Shown here: one piece after another, positions 37,686-48,543 of the stretch
Position numbering within the stretch: position 1 is the first letter of the stretch
How the letters are laid out: every line of letters starts with the position of its first letter
Source: Escherichia phage T4
Reading direction: 5' to 3' (one strand)
Sequence record: OL964735.1
Length of the DNA stretch: 64,000 nt
Notes under the pieces: model-generated
Told to the model about the DNA's origin: nothing
The model's database searches: none
The model's input: only the letters and a program-made list of their open reading frames with translations
Position numbers and translations under genes: made by a program

Positions 37686-37759
37686 TCTCCATACAAGGAT
37701 TTGAACCTTGGACCTCCTGATCCCAAATCAGGCGCTCTACCAAACTGAGCTACACGGAG
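37686..37759 (-). tRNA. tRNA-Pro (anticodon UGG), CCA not encoded
   Basis: Minus-strand CTCCGTGTAGCTCAGTTTGGTAGAGCGCCTGATTTGGGATCAGGAGGTCCAAGGTTCAAATCCTTGTATGGAGA; 2 nt from tRNA-Ser. Confidence 0.8.
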
Positions 37760-37769
37760 TAAATTAAAT

Positions 37770-37843
<74 letters not shown>

Positions 37844-37848
37844 AAATT

Positions 37849-37935
37849 TGGTGCGAGAAGTGGGACTCGAACCCACAAGGAAATCATTCCGCAGCATTTT
37901 AAGTGCTGTGCCTTTACCAATTTGACCATTCTCGC
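37849..37935 (-). tRNA. tRNA-Leu (anticodon UAA), long variable arm, CCA encoded
   Basis: Minus-strand GCGAGAATGGTCAAATTGGTAAAGGCACAGCACTTAAAATGCTGCGG...GGGTTCGAGTCCCACTTCTCGCACCA. Confidence 0.85.
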
Positions 37936-37936
37936 G

Positions 37937-38009
37937 CTGGGAATAAAGGACTCGAACCTTTGCATCTAGCAGTCAAAGTGCTATGCCTTACCAACTTGGC
38001 TAATTCCCA
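37937..38009 (-). tRNA. tRNA-Gln (anticodon UUG), CCA not encoded
   Basis: Minus-strand TGGGAATTAGCCAAGTTGGTAAGGCATAGCACTTTGACTGCTAGATGCAAAGGTTCGAGTCCTTTATTCCCAG; 1 nt from tRNA-Leu. Confidence 0.8.
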
Positions 38010-38106
38010 ATTATTAACAAAGGCTCTCTAACAAGAACCCTTGATGATAGAGGGTATTAATCAGTGCGGTATGAGTTAATAATAACAAATAATTCTTAAA
38101 GCATAT

Positions 38107-38400
38107 TTACCATTTATGATGATACGTATTTACGATACATTCAAGACCCAAAGGATTCTTGAAAATATCATATTCAAGAGGACCTTTTTCTGTTTCAATA
38201 AAGAAATCAAAATTTACTGTATTAAATTTACGGTCTTCCTTTACTAATTTAACTTGAGAAGATGAACGATCAATGTAAACCTTTTCAACTTCAAAACACG
38301 TTAAAATGCCATAATCATCAATCAAGGCTTTAGCTGCTTCTTGATCATATTTATATCCATTTTCAACGGATGATACTTTCGCATAAAGAATCATCATCAA
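38107..38400 (-). CDS. hypothetical protein
   Basis: ORF track; 97 aa. Confidence 0.4.
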   Translation of the reverse strand: MMMILYAKVSSVENGYKYDQEAAKALIDDYGILTCFEVEKVYIDRSSSQVKLVKEDRKFNTVNFDFFIETEKGPLEYDIFKNPLGLECIVNTYHHKW

Positions 38401-38807
38401 CCTCTATCAACAATAGCATGAGTATGGGCATTTACGATTTGCCACCAGTCGAAACGATTGGAACCATAATCTGGTTTATTTTCATTTTCTTTAATGATAT
38501 CACGCAGTTTATCTTCTGTTTCAGCATACGCAATTAAATCATCATATCCACCACAAGGATAATAATTATCACCTGCGAATAAAAGAAAATTTACCTTAGA
38601 TGGATTTACGTAATAATGGTCTTTAGGATATTTAGTTCCTCTCCAATCAGTTACTTCAACATAACGGTAAGAAAATCCATTTTTACTTTCAATCCAACTC
38701 CACGCTTCAAAAGGAGTATTAAAAACTTTATCAGGTATTAAATTACCTTCAAAATGAGAAGGATTTGCATAATCCCCGGCATAAACATAATATTCGTTAA
38801 TACTCAT
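38397..38807 (-). CDS. hypothetical protein
   Basis: ORF track; 136 aa. Confidence 0.45.
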   Translation of the reverse strand: MSINEYYVYAGDYANPSHFEGNLIPDKVFNTPFEAWSWIESKNGFSYRYVEVTDWRGTKYPKDHYYVNPSKVNFLLFAGDNYYPCGGYDDLIAYAETEDKLRDIIKENENKPDYGSNRFDWWQIVNAHTHAIVDRG

Positions 38808-38993
38808 TTATTCACCTTTAGAAATTTTATCCATAACGATAGCAATTAAACCAATTAAAAATGCTACTACAAGTGAAAACACATTTTCTGCTGTAGTTAA
38901 TAATCCGCATATAAATCCAACAAACATTGAAAAACTAAAAGCAGAAGCAGAAATTGCAATAGCAACATTTCGAATTAATTCACAGCGTTTCAT
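38808..38993 (-). CDS. hypothetical small membrane protein
   Basis: 61 aa, hydrophobic helices; promoter-like element 39019-39050 upstream. Confidence 0.4.
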   Translation of the reverse strand: MKRCELIRNVAIAISASAFSFSMFVGFICGLLTTAENVFSLVVAFLIGLIAIVMDKISKGE

Positions 38994-39018
38994 TTTATTC
39001 TCCTCAGTAGTTGATAGG

Positions 39019-39050
39019 GTAATAGTATCACAGCTAAAACCCTATGTAAA
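39019..39050 (-). promoter_or_regulatory. Early promoter, minus strand
   Basis: TTCACAAAGTTGTTTACA...TGTGATACTATTACCCTATCAACTAC; -10 flanked by 6-bp dyad. Confidence 0.5.
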
Positions 39051-39069
39051 CAACTTTGTGAAATATTTA

Positions 39070-39357
39070 TTACAAAAGATTTTTAGCAATAATCTTGAGA
39101 TGTGCCGCAGAAATGTGTTTAGCTTTAAACAACGCAGTTTCTTCAGCAGGAGAGATAACGATTGTAGCACCATCCTTTTTAGCAGACCACCCATCACCTA
39201 GGTAAACAGTACCTTTGATTTCTTCGCCATCAACCAGACTAATCATTGGTTTACCTTCTCGTCCTTTATTTGCTTTAATAACTTCAGAAGTAAGAGTAGC
39301 TTCGGTAATGGTAGAAACCGGGGTAGTTGTAGAAGTAAATTCTTTAAATGTTTTCAT
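39070..39357 (-). CDS. ipI: Internal head protein I (injected; known in T4 as inhibitor of the GmrS/GmrD restriction system)
   Basis: 95 aa; N-terminal MKTFKEF capsid-targeting-type leader; size and position as T4 IPI. Confidence 0.8.
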   Translation of the reverse strand: MKTFKEFTSTTTPVSTITEATLTSEVIKANKGREGKPMISLVDGEEIKGTVYLGDGWSAKKDGATIVISPAEETALFKAKHISAAHLKIIAKNLL

Positions 39358-39386
39358 TTTTATTTTCCTAATTAATTTTGATGAGG

Positions 39387-39418
39387 TAATAGTATCACTA
39401 CCTCATCAGTATGTAAAC
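39387..39418 (-). promoter_or_regulatory. Early promoter for ipI
   Basis: TTCACAAAGTTGTTTACA...GTGATACTATTACC with 8-bp dyad GATGAGGTA/TACCTCATC flanking the -10. Confidence 0.5.
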
Positions 39419-39430
39419 AACTTTGTGAAA

Positions 39431-40127
<697 letters not shown>

Positions 40128-40128
<1 letters not shown>

Positions 40129-40853
40129 TATAGTACCTTTAGTGTATTTTTAATTTTAGAAAAAAGTTCTTCAAGAGAACCATCGTTTGTAATTACTAAA
40201 TCGCCATCACGAATTGGCAATCCAGCTTCTGTAATATGTGTATCATTGGATTTTTGACCAGGACGAACTACATGAATTACTGTAGCACCCATCGCCCTAG
40301 CCGCATCCATTTCATGATCTTGACGGGTATCAGGAACGATATAATAATCATAACCTGAGTTAAATTTATCAAGATAATCTAAAGCAAATAATTTTACCCA
40401 GTACATGCGGTCGAAGTTATTAACAATCAAATCCGTACCTAGGGCTTGCATCAGACGACGGACTGACCATTGATCTTCAATATTATTTATAACGTCAGTA
40501 ATCTTATTAAATGCTACGAAATTAACTGATTCTTTTCCTTCGTCATCAAAAACAAACACACCTTTAATTGGGCTTTTACCATTAAGATAACAAAATGCTT
40601 GTTCCATAATCGTGATTACTTCTAATTTAGTCAGATTTAAATTAGTCTCACGATCATAGTCAATTCCTTCAAACTCTTTACGAGTTAAGCAAGGATAGTC
40701 AGTGTTTGCTGCAAATACTCCCCATGCATAAGCCAATGCATCCTTAATAGGACCAGCAAGTTGGTATTTAACTGCAGAATAATTGCTCATGATAAAATCA
40801 GCAGTAGTATCTTTTCCACTACGCTTTACACCGCTTAAAAAGATTAGTTTCAT
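40128..40853 (-). CDS. 1: Deoxynucleoside monophosphate kinase gp1
   Basis: 241 aa from ATG at 40853; P-loop MKLIFLSGVKRSGKDT. Confidence 0.9.
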
Positions 40854-40902
40854 GTGTTTCTCCTCAAATTTAATTAAGATTATAACACACAAAACTGAAG
40901 CA

Positions 40903-41433
40903 TTAAACTTCTGCTATAATTTTACCATCTTTTTCTACTTGAAAATAGGTGTAAGGAATTGTTGCAGTACATACTAAAGCCGGGTCTGAATCTTCCGTGT
41001 AGCTAAATTCTACTTCAGATAGGTCAGAAACCCAAGGCTTATAAAAATTTATTGACATCACGATTTCAGTTTTGCTATTATCTAAGATGTAAAGCGTAAT
41101 GTACTCAGGACCTGTTTTTTGGGCAGTATTTTCACCTGTAAGATAGTTGCTAGTTCCTAGCATCCATTCATACATTCCTATCCACGACTTAAGTTCTTCA
41201 TCAACTATAAATCTCACAATGAGTGGATCATACTCAAATGTAACACCTGGACGTTGTGCTCGGCCCAGTCCAAACGGCCCAGTCACGGTATCAGTAACAG
41301 GTATTCTAATTCCTGGAATAGGAACTGACTGAGCATTTAAAGTAAAAGCAGATGTAGTATTACTATGTGGTATTGATACTACAAAGTTAGTTGTATTTGC
41401 TTGGTTAAAAATTTGTTGCAGAGCTTGCGACAT
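40903..41433 (-). CDS. 3: Tail completion / sheath stabilizer protein gp3
   Basis: 176 aa from internal ATG (MSQALQQIF); position between genes 1 and 2. Confidence 0.75.
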   Translation of the reverse strand: MSQALQQIFNQANTTNFVVSIPHSNTTSAFTLNAQSVPIPGIRIPVTDTVTGPFGLGRAQRPGVTFEYDPLIVRFIVDEELKSWIGMYEWMLGTSNYLTGENTAQKTGPEYITLYILDNSKTEIVMSINFYKPWVSDLSEVEFSYTEDSDPALVCTATIPYTYFQVEKDGKIIAEV

Positions 41434-41539
41434 ATATTCCTCATAATGCTTTATAACTGTTGGTGGTATAATGGGTCTAAGTCCCTTCCATTCAATTCCA
41501 TTTAGAACAAACAACAGAAAAGAATGGAAGATAATAGAA

Positions 41540-42364
41540 TTAGATATTTGACCAGACTTTGTTTGCAGAGAAACGTTTTCCTTTTGAAACGAACTGCTGA
41601 AGTGGCATCAACACAACGTTCGCCCAGTCTTTCGGGGCGATTTCAACAAGGCTACCCATAATATTACCAGGTATATATGCCTTAATCATTTGGTCTGCAC
41701 CCCTAAATCCTTTCACTTGACTCCAATCAATTTTTAATTTCGTTTTATTAGTAATAGTAGGTGTATTTGCATATTGCTTTAAAAGCTCTTCTAGGAATTG
41801 CTGACGAGCTTTAGGTGGAATATAGTGCAAGTTTAATCCGTACATTAAATTATGCTTACCTAAACCAAGGTAAATTATCAAAGGAAATTTATCCCAGTAA
41901 GGAAGAGTTTCCTTGTGTTTAGCATCATAAGCAAAAGCATATATTCGTCCCGGCTGCGGGCGAACAACTTTATGTCCTTTTACTTGCTTAATAGTTTCAG
42001 CAAACCACTTTCTGGTTTTATTATTAATTGCTGCGCCTTCATTACGAATTTTATCACGCAATGTTTGTCTGAATGAATTTATCATAAGCAGTTGTCTTTC
42101 TTGCTTATTGAGTTTATTCATTGGTTTTGATTCAAGTTTTTGAATCTTTTCAGCCGTTTTAATTCCTGAAGCATATTTTGACATTGCTGAAGTAAACGTA
42201 GAGTATTTGATTCCTCTTTCTTCAGCAAATTGCTTTCCTGTCATTCCTTTTGCTTTGGCCTTTTTATATTCAAGACCTATCTGAATCCATTTCTTTTCGT
42301 TTAATGATTGCTTAACCTTTGGAACTTGGGGAGTGCTTTCATTAATTATTTGAAAAATAGCCAT
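41540..42364 (-). CDS. 2: DNA end-protector protein gp2
   Basis: 274 aa; T4 gp2 length and position. Confidence 0.85.
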
Positions 42365-42816
42365 TATGCCCCCTTAAAGCCAAGAGCTCGTAATCCATCT
42401 TCTGTTAGAATTCTAAATTTTATTCCACGCTTTTCAGCTAAAGATTGTGCTGCTTTCCATTTGTCAGTGTTCACAGACCAGGTATAAATTTCATTCATAA
42501 ATCTTTTCTTCGCTGCGGTCGTTAGATGTGCTGGTTTAACTGGTGGTTGTGTTTCTTTTTTAGGTTTTATTTCAATAAAAAATTCTTGTCCAGAAGAATC
42601 TTTCATCCAAATATCCATGAAGTATCTACGTTTTTTCCCTTCTGCATTACAAAAATAAGGAATTACTGCTGTTTCACTACCCCATGCAATAATTTCTGGA
42701 TTTTTATCTAACCATTCAAAAAAGAATTTTTCCCAATTTGATCTATACGTAATTTTTTTAGGGTCACCTCTATACTTTGATATATTTTTAGGAACCCATT
42801 TTCCAGAATATGCCAT
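42364..42816 (-). CDS. 4: Head completion protein gp4
   Basis: 150 aa; T4 gp4 length and position; late promoter 42844-42851 upstream. Confidence 0.85.
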
Positions 42817-42828
42817 TGGATTCTCCTT

Positions 42829-42836
42829 ATAAATAG
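42829..42836 (+). promoter_or_regulatory. Late promoter TATAAATA for gene 53
   Basis: Exact TATAAATA about 28 nt upstream of the gene 53 ATG. Confidence 0.7.
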
Positions 42837-42843
42837 ATAATAT

Positions 42844-42851
42844 ATTTATAA
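42844..42851 (-). promoter_or_regulatory. Late promoter TATAAATA (minus strand) for gene 4
   Basis: Plus-strand TATTTATA = minus-strand TATAAATA, about 28 nt upstream of gene 4 start. Confidence 0.65.
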
Positions 42852-42863
42852 ACAGGAGGGCCC

Positions 42864-43454
42864 ATGCTCTTTACATTTTTTGATCCGATTGAATATGCGG
42901 CCAAAACGGTGAATAAAAACGCGCCGACTATTCCTATGACAGATATTTTTAGAAACTATAAAGACTATTTTAAACGCGCTCTTGCGGGATACCGCTTACG
43001 TACTTATTATATTAAAGGTTCACCACGCCCGGAAGAATTAGCAAATGCTATATATGGAAATCCACAGCTGTATTGGGTTTTATTGATGTGTAATGATAAT
43101 TATGACCCGTATTATGGATGGATTACTTCGCAAGAAGCTGCTTATCAAGCATCTATACAAAAATACAAAAACGTAGGTGGAGACCAAATAGTATATCATG
43201 TGAATGAGAACGGTGAAAAATTTTATAATTTAATATCATACGATGATAATCCATATGTTTGGTATGATAAAGGCGATAAAGCTAGAAAATATCCTCAATA
43301 TGAAGGAGCGCTTGCTGCGGTCGATACGTATGAAGCTGCTGTTCTTGAAAATGAAAAACTTCGTCAAATAAAAATAATAGCAAAATCAGACATCAATTCA
43401 TTTATGAACGACCTTATACGTATAATGGAGAAATCTTATGGAAATGATAAGTAA
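42864..43454 (+). CDS. 53: Baseplate wedge protein gp53
   Basis: 196 aa; T4 gp53 length and position. Confidence 0.85.
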   Translation: MLFTFFDPIEYAAKTVNKNAPTIPMTDIFRNYKDYFKRALAGYRLRTYYIKGSPRPEELANAIYGNPQLYWVLLMCNDNYDPYYGWITSQEAAYQASIQKYKNVGGDQIVYHVNENGEKFYNLISYDDNPYVWYDKGDKARKYPQYEGALAAVDTYEAAVLENEKLRQIKIIAKSDINSFMNDLIRIMEKSYGNDK

Positions 43455-45165
43455 TAACCTTAATTGGTTTGTCGGTGTTGTTGAAGATAGAATGGACCCA
43501 TTAAAATTAGGTCGTGTTCGTGTTCGTGTGGTTGGTCTGCATCCACCTCAAAGAGCACAAGGTGATGTAATGGGTATTCCAACTGAAAAATTACCATGGA
43601 TGTCAGTTATTCAACCTATAACTTCTGCAGCAATGTCTGGAATTGGAGGTTCTGTTACTGGACCAGTAGAAGGAACTAGAGTTTATGGTCATTTTTTAGA
43701 CAAATGGAAAACTAATGGAATTGTCCTTGGCACGTATGGTGGAATAGTTCGCGAAAAACCGAATAGACTTGAAGGATTTTCTGACCCAACTGGGCAGTAT
43801 CCTAGACGTTTAGGAAATGATACTAACGTACTAAACCAAGGTGGAGAAGTAGGATATGATTCGTCTTCTAACGTTATCCAAGATAGTAACTTAGACACCG
43901 CAATAAATCCCGATGATAGACCGCTATCAGAGATTCCAACCGATGATAATCCAAATATGTCAATGGCTGAAATGCTTCGCCGTGATGAAGGATTAAGATT
44001 AAAAGTTTATTGGGATACCGAAGGATATCCGACAATTGGTATTGGTCATCTTATCATGAAGCAGCCAGTTCGTGATATGGCTCAAATTAATAAAGTTTTA
44101 TCAAAACAAGTTGGTCGTGAAATTACAGGAAATCCAGGTTCTATTACAATGGAAGAGGCGACGACTTTATTTGAGCGTGATTTGGCTGATATGCAACGGG
44201 ACATTAAATCACATTCTAAAGTAGGACCAGTCTGGCAAGCTGTCAACCGTTCTCGTCAAATGGCGTTAGAAAATATGGCATTTCAGATGGGTGTTGGTGG
44301 TGTAGCTAAATTTAACACAATGTTAACTGCTATGTTAGCAGGAGATTGGGAAAAAGCGTATAAAGCCGGTCGTGATTCATTGTGGTATCAACAAACAAAA
44401 GGCCGTGCATCCCGTGTTACCATGATTATTCTTACGGGGAATTTGGAATCATATGGTGTTGAAGTGAAAACCCCAGCTAGGTCTCTATCAGCAATGGCTG
44501 CTACTGTAGCTAAATCTTCTGACCCTGCTGACCCTCCTATTCCAAATGACTCGAGAATTTTATTCAAAGAACCAGTTTCTTCATATAAAGGTGAATATCC
44601 TTATGTGCATACAATGGAAACTGAAAGCGGACATATTCAGGAATTTGATGATACCCCTGGGCAAGAACGATATAGATTAGTTCATCCAACTGGAACTTAT
44701 GAAGAAGTATCACCATCAGGAAGAAGAACAAGAAAAACTGTTGATAATTTGTATGATATAACCAATGCTGATGGTAATTTTTTGGTAGCCGGTGATAAAA
44801 AGACTAACGTCGGTGGTTCAGAAATTTATTATAACATGGATAATCGTTTACATCAAATCGATGGAAGCAATACAATATTTGTACGTGGAGACGAAACGAA
44901 AACTGTTGAAGGTAATGGAACTATCCTAGTTAAAGGTAATGTTACTATTATAGTTGAAGGTAATGCTGACATTACAGTTAAAGGAGATGCTACCACTTTA
45001 GTTGAAGGAAATCAAACTAACACAGTAAATGGAAATCTTTCTTGGAAAGTTGCCGGGACAGTTGATTGGGATGTCGGTGGTGATTGGACAGAAAAAATGG
45101 CATCTATGAGTTCTATTTCATCTGGTCAATACACAATTGATGGATCGAGGATTGACATTGGCTAA
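43438..45165 (+). CDS. 5: Baseplate hub / cell-puncturing device with lysozyme domain gp5
   Basis: 575 aa; N-terminus MEMISNNLNWFVGVVEDRMDPLKLGRVRVRVVGLHPP; internal lysozyme domain MAEMLRRDEGLRLKVYWDTEGYPTIGIGHL paralogous to gene e; C-terminal VxGxxxxx beta-helix repeats. Confidence 0.95.
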   Translation: MEMISNNLNWFVGVVEDRMDPLKLGRVRVRVVGLHPPQRAQGDVMGIPTEKLPWMSVIQPITSAAMSGIGGSVTGPVEGTRVYGHFLDKWKTNGIVLGTYGGIVREKPNRLEGFSDPTGQYPRRLGNDTNVLNQGGEVGYDSSSNVIQDSNLDTAINPDDRPLSEIPTDDNPNMSMAEMLRRDEGLRLKVYWDTEGYPTIGIGHLIMKQPVRDMAQINKVLSKQVGREITGNPGSITMEEATTLFERDLADMQRDIKSHSKVGPVWQAVNRSRQMALENMAFQMGVGGVAKFNTMLTAMLAGDWEKAYKAGRDSLWYQQTKGRASRVTMIILTGNLESYGVEVKTPARSLSAMAATVAKSSDPADPPIPNDSRILFKEPVSSYKGEYPYVHTMETESGHIQEFDDTPGQERYRLVHPTGTYEEVSPSGRRTRKTVDNLYDITNADGNFLVAGDKKTNVGGSEIYYNMDNRLHQIDGSNTIFVRGDETKTVEGNGTILVKGNVTIIVEGNADITVKGDATTLVEGNQTNTVNGNLSWKVAGTVDWDVGGDWTEKMASMSSISSGQYTIDGSRIDIG

Positions 45166-45175
45166 TATACTTCCA

Positions 45176-45694
45176 ATGAGCGCTGATTTAGGAGAATCCA
45201 TGGAAGGTTCTTCTATCGACGTCACCTTTACCGCTCAATTAGAAACAGGTGAAACGTTAGTATCTATAAATATAACTAGTTACGAAGAAACTCCTGGGGT
45301 TTTAGTAGAAGAAAATCGCTTATATGGAACATATGAATCTGTATTTGGTTTCGGAAATGACGCGTTGAAATATCGTTTAGGCGATGAATTTAAAACTGCT
45401 GCTTCATGGGAAGAACTTCCTACTGATTCTGATACTCAGTTGTATTTGTGGAAAGCTCCTCAAAACCTCCAGAAGACATTCACTTACGAAGTAACATTAA
45501 TATATGACTACCAAGAACAAAGTGAATCTGGGGGTTCTGGCAGTAATTCTAGGTCATCTTCTGATACTACTGAACCGACAGATCCTCCTGCTCCAGTAAG
45601 AAAAACTCTAGTTAAAAATTATACTAAAACTATAGTTGGAAATTGGAGTCGTTGGGCTAATAAACTGAGAAAATATGCCTATGCAAGACCATAA
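45176..45694 (+). CDS. hypothetical protein (5.1 position); start uncertain
   Basis: ORF track 45137..45694; ATG after the gene 5 stop preferred. Confidence 0.45.
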   Translation: MSADLGESMEGSSIDVTFTAQLETGETLVSINITSYEETPGVLVEENRLYGTYESVFGFGNDALKYRLGDEFKTAASWEELPTDSDTQLYLWKAPQNLQKTFTYEVTLIYDYQEQSESGGSGSNSRSSSDTTEPTDPPAPVRKTLVKNYTKTIVGNWSRWANKLRKYAYARP

Positions 45695-46271
45695 ATATTT
45701 TTATTTGTATTCAATAACTAATAAAACAACAGAAAAAATTTATGTAGGCGTCCACAAAACTTCAAATTTGGATGATGGGTATATGGGTTCTGGCGTTGCC
45801 ATTAAAAATGCCATTAAAAAATATGGCATAGATAATTTTTATAAGCATATTATAAAATTCTTTGAATCTGAAAAAGCTATGTATGACGCAGAGGCAGAAA
45901 TAGTCACAGAGGAATTTGTTAAATCTAAGAAAACTTATAATATGAAACTAGGCGGTATCGGTGGCTTCCCAAAACATAACACAGCGGGTGCTAAAAATGG
46001 ATTTTACGGTAAATCTCATTCGCGTGAAACTAGATTGAAAATTAGCATTAAATCGTCTAGAAAAAGAGGGCCTAGAGGGCCTAGAGGTAAAACTCTGAAG
46101 ATGTGTGGCGCCAATAACCCAAGGTATGGCAAAATAGCCCCTAATGCTAAATCTGTTATTATCAACGGCGTTTTATATAAAAGTATTAAAATCGCAGCTA
46201 AAGCTCTTAATATAAATTATAGTACCTTAAAGGGGCGAGTTAAAGCGGGGTATTATAAATGTCAGGATTAA
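45675..46271 (+). CDS. segC: GIY-YIG homing endonuclease (SegC-like)
   Basis: 198 aa; [31 protein letters not shown]...NMKLGGIGG, nearly the same catalytic block as segB. Confidence 0.7.
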
Positions 46272-46552
46272 GTTATGATAAGTGTGTTACTGCTGGCCAT
46301 GAAGCGTGGCCTCCAACAGTTGTGAATGCTACACAAAGTAAAGTATTCACTGGAGGAATTGCTGTTCTCGTAGCAGGCGATCCAATTACAGAACATACAG
46401 AAATTAAAAAGCCGTATGAAACACATGGCGGAGTGACACAACCTAGAACTTCTAAGGTATATGTCACTGGAAAGAAAGCTGTTCAAATGGCTGATCCAAT
46501 ATCATGCGGTGATACTGTGGCTCAGGCATCATCTAAAGTATTCATTAAATAG
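46259..46552 (+). CDS. 5.4: PAAR-repeat spike-tip protein gp5.4
   Basis: 97 aa; PAAR-like repeats ([18 protein letters not shown]...[14 protein letters not shown]). Confidence 0.8.
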
Positions 46553-46560
46553 GATTTAAA

Positions 46561-48543
46561 ATGGCAAATACCCCTGTAAATTATCAATTAACAAGAACAG
46601 CAAATGCTATTCCCGAGATATTCGTCGGGGGTACATTTGCTGAAATAAAACAAAACCTCATTGAATGGCTTAATGGCCAAAATGAATTTTTGGATTATGA
46701 TTTTGAAGGCTCAAGATTAAACGTTCTGTGTGACCTTTTAGCTTATAATACATTATACATTCAGCAGTTTGGTAATGCTGCTGTGTATGAAAGCTTTATG
46801 CGTACTGCTAACTTACGAAGTTCAGTTGTTCAAGCTGCACAAGATAACGGATATTTACCTACTTCAAAATCCGCTGCGCAGACCGAAATTATGTTAACAT
46901 GCACTGACGCATTGAATAGGAATTACATTACTATTCCTCGCGGAACTCGCTTTTTAGCATATGCAAAAGATACTTCTGTTAATCCATATAACTTCGTTTC
47001 TACCGAAGACGTTATTGCTATTCGTGATAAAAATAACCAATATTTTCCGCGTTTAAAATTGGCCCAGGGACGTATAGTAAGAACTGAAATCATTTATGAT
47101 AAATTAACACCTATTATCATTTATGATAAAAATATTGATAGAAACCAGGTTAAATTATACGTTGATGGAGCGGAATGGATTAACTGGACGAGAAAGTCAA
47201 TGGTTCATGCTGGTTCAACATCAACGATTTACTATATGCGTGAAACTATTGATGGAAACACTGAATTCTATTTTGGTGAAGGTGAAATTTCTGTTAATGC
47301 TTCTGAAGGAGCTTTGACCGCTAATTATATCGGAGGTCTTAAACCTACTCAGAACTCTACGATTGTTATTGAGTACATTAGTACTAATGGTGCTGACGCG
47401 AACGGAGCAGTCGGATTTTCATACGCAGATACATTAACAAATATAACTGTCATCAATATTAATGAAAATCCAAACGATGATCCAGATTTTGTTGGGGCAG
47501 ATGGAGGCGGTGATCCAGAAGATATTGAGCGTATTCGCGAATTGGGTACTATTAAACGCGAAACCCAACAACGATGCGTAACTGCGACTGACTATGATAC
47601 ATTCGTTTCAGAGAGATTTGGTTCTATTATTCAAGCTGTTCAGACTTTCACTGATTCTACTAAACCTGGGTATGCATTTATTGCTGCTAAACCTAAATCA
47701 GGATTGTATTTAACTACCGTACAGCGTGAAGATATTAAAAATTATCTCAAAGACTATAATTTAGCTCCTATTACGCCATCAATTATTTCTCCTAATTATC
47801 TTTTTATTAAGACTAATTTAAAAGTCACATATGCTTTAAATAAACTGCAAGAATCCGAACAGTGGCTTGAAGGTCAAATAATTGATAAAATTGATCGCTA
47901 TTATACCGAAGATGTAGAAATTTTTAACTCGTCTTTCGCTAAATCTAAGATGTTGACATATGTAGATGATGCAGATCATTCTGTCATTGGTTCATCAGCG
48001 ACTATTCAAATGGTTCGTGAAGTACAAAACTTCTATAAAACGCCTGAAGCGGGTATTAAATACAATAATCAAATAAAAGATCGTTCTATGGAATCTAATA
48101 CGTTTTCATTTAATTCTGGACGAAAGGTTGTAAATCCTGATACTGGTTTAGAAGAAGATGTATTATATGACGTTCGTATAGTATCAACAGACCGAGATTC
48201 TAAAGGAATTGGTAAAGTTATTATTGGTCCATTTGCTTCTGGCGATGTTACAGAAAATGAAAACATTCAGCCGTATACAGGCAACGATTTTAACAAATTA
48301 GCAAATTCTGATGGACGCGACAAATACTATGTTATCGGTGAAATAAATTATCCAGCTGATGTGATTTATTGGAATATCGCTAAAATTAATTTAACATCTG
48401 AAAAATTTGAAGTTCAGACCATTGAATTATATTCTGACCCAACCGATGATGTTATCTTTACTCGCGATGGTTCACTGATTGTATTTGAAAATGACTTACG
48501 TCCACAATACTTAACTATCGATTTGGAGCCTATATCACAATGA
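46561..48543 (+). CDS. 6: Baseplate wedge protein gp6
   Basis: 660 aa; T4 gp6 length and order. Confidence 0.9.
   Translation: MANTPVNYQLTRTANAIPEIFVGGTFAEIKQNLIEWLNGQNEFLDYDFEGSRLNVLCDLLAYNTLYIQQFGNAAVYESFMRTANLRSSVVQAAQDNGYLPTSKSAAQTEIMLTCTDALNRNYITIPRGTRFLAYAKDTSVNPYNFVSTEDVIAIRDKNNQYFPRLKLAQGRIVRTEIIYDKLTPIIIYDKNIDRNQVKLYVDGAEWINWTRKSMVHAGSTSTIYYMRETIDGNTEFYFGEGEISVNASEGALTANYIGGLKPTQNSTIVIEYISTNGADANGAVGFSYADTLTNITVININENPNDDPDFVGADGGGDPEDIERIRELGTIKRETQQRCVTATDYDTFVSERFGSIIQAVQTFTDSTKPGYAFIAAKPKSGLYLTTVQREDIKNYLKDYNLAPITPSIISPNYLFIKTNLKVTYALNKLQESEQWLEGQIIDKIDRYYTEDVEIFNSSFAKSKMLTYVDDADHSVIGSSATIQMVREVQNFYKTPEAGIKYNNQIKDRSMESNTFSFNSGRKVVNPDTGLEEDVLYDVRIVSTDRDSKGIGKVIIGPFASGDVTENENIQPYTGNDFNKLANSDGRDKYYVIGEINYPADVIYWNIAKINLTSEKFEVQTIELYSDPTDDVIFTRDGSLIVFENDLRPQYLTIDLEPISQ

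Noticed and set aside
43950-44450. Lysozyme-like sequence inside gene 5 considered as a second endolysin gene or duplication artefact
   Set aside because: It is in frame within the 575-aa gp5 ORF and corresponds to the known lysozyme domain of the baseplate hub; a domain paralog of gene e rather than a separate gene.
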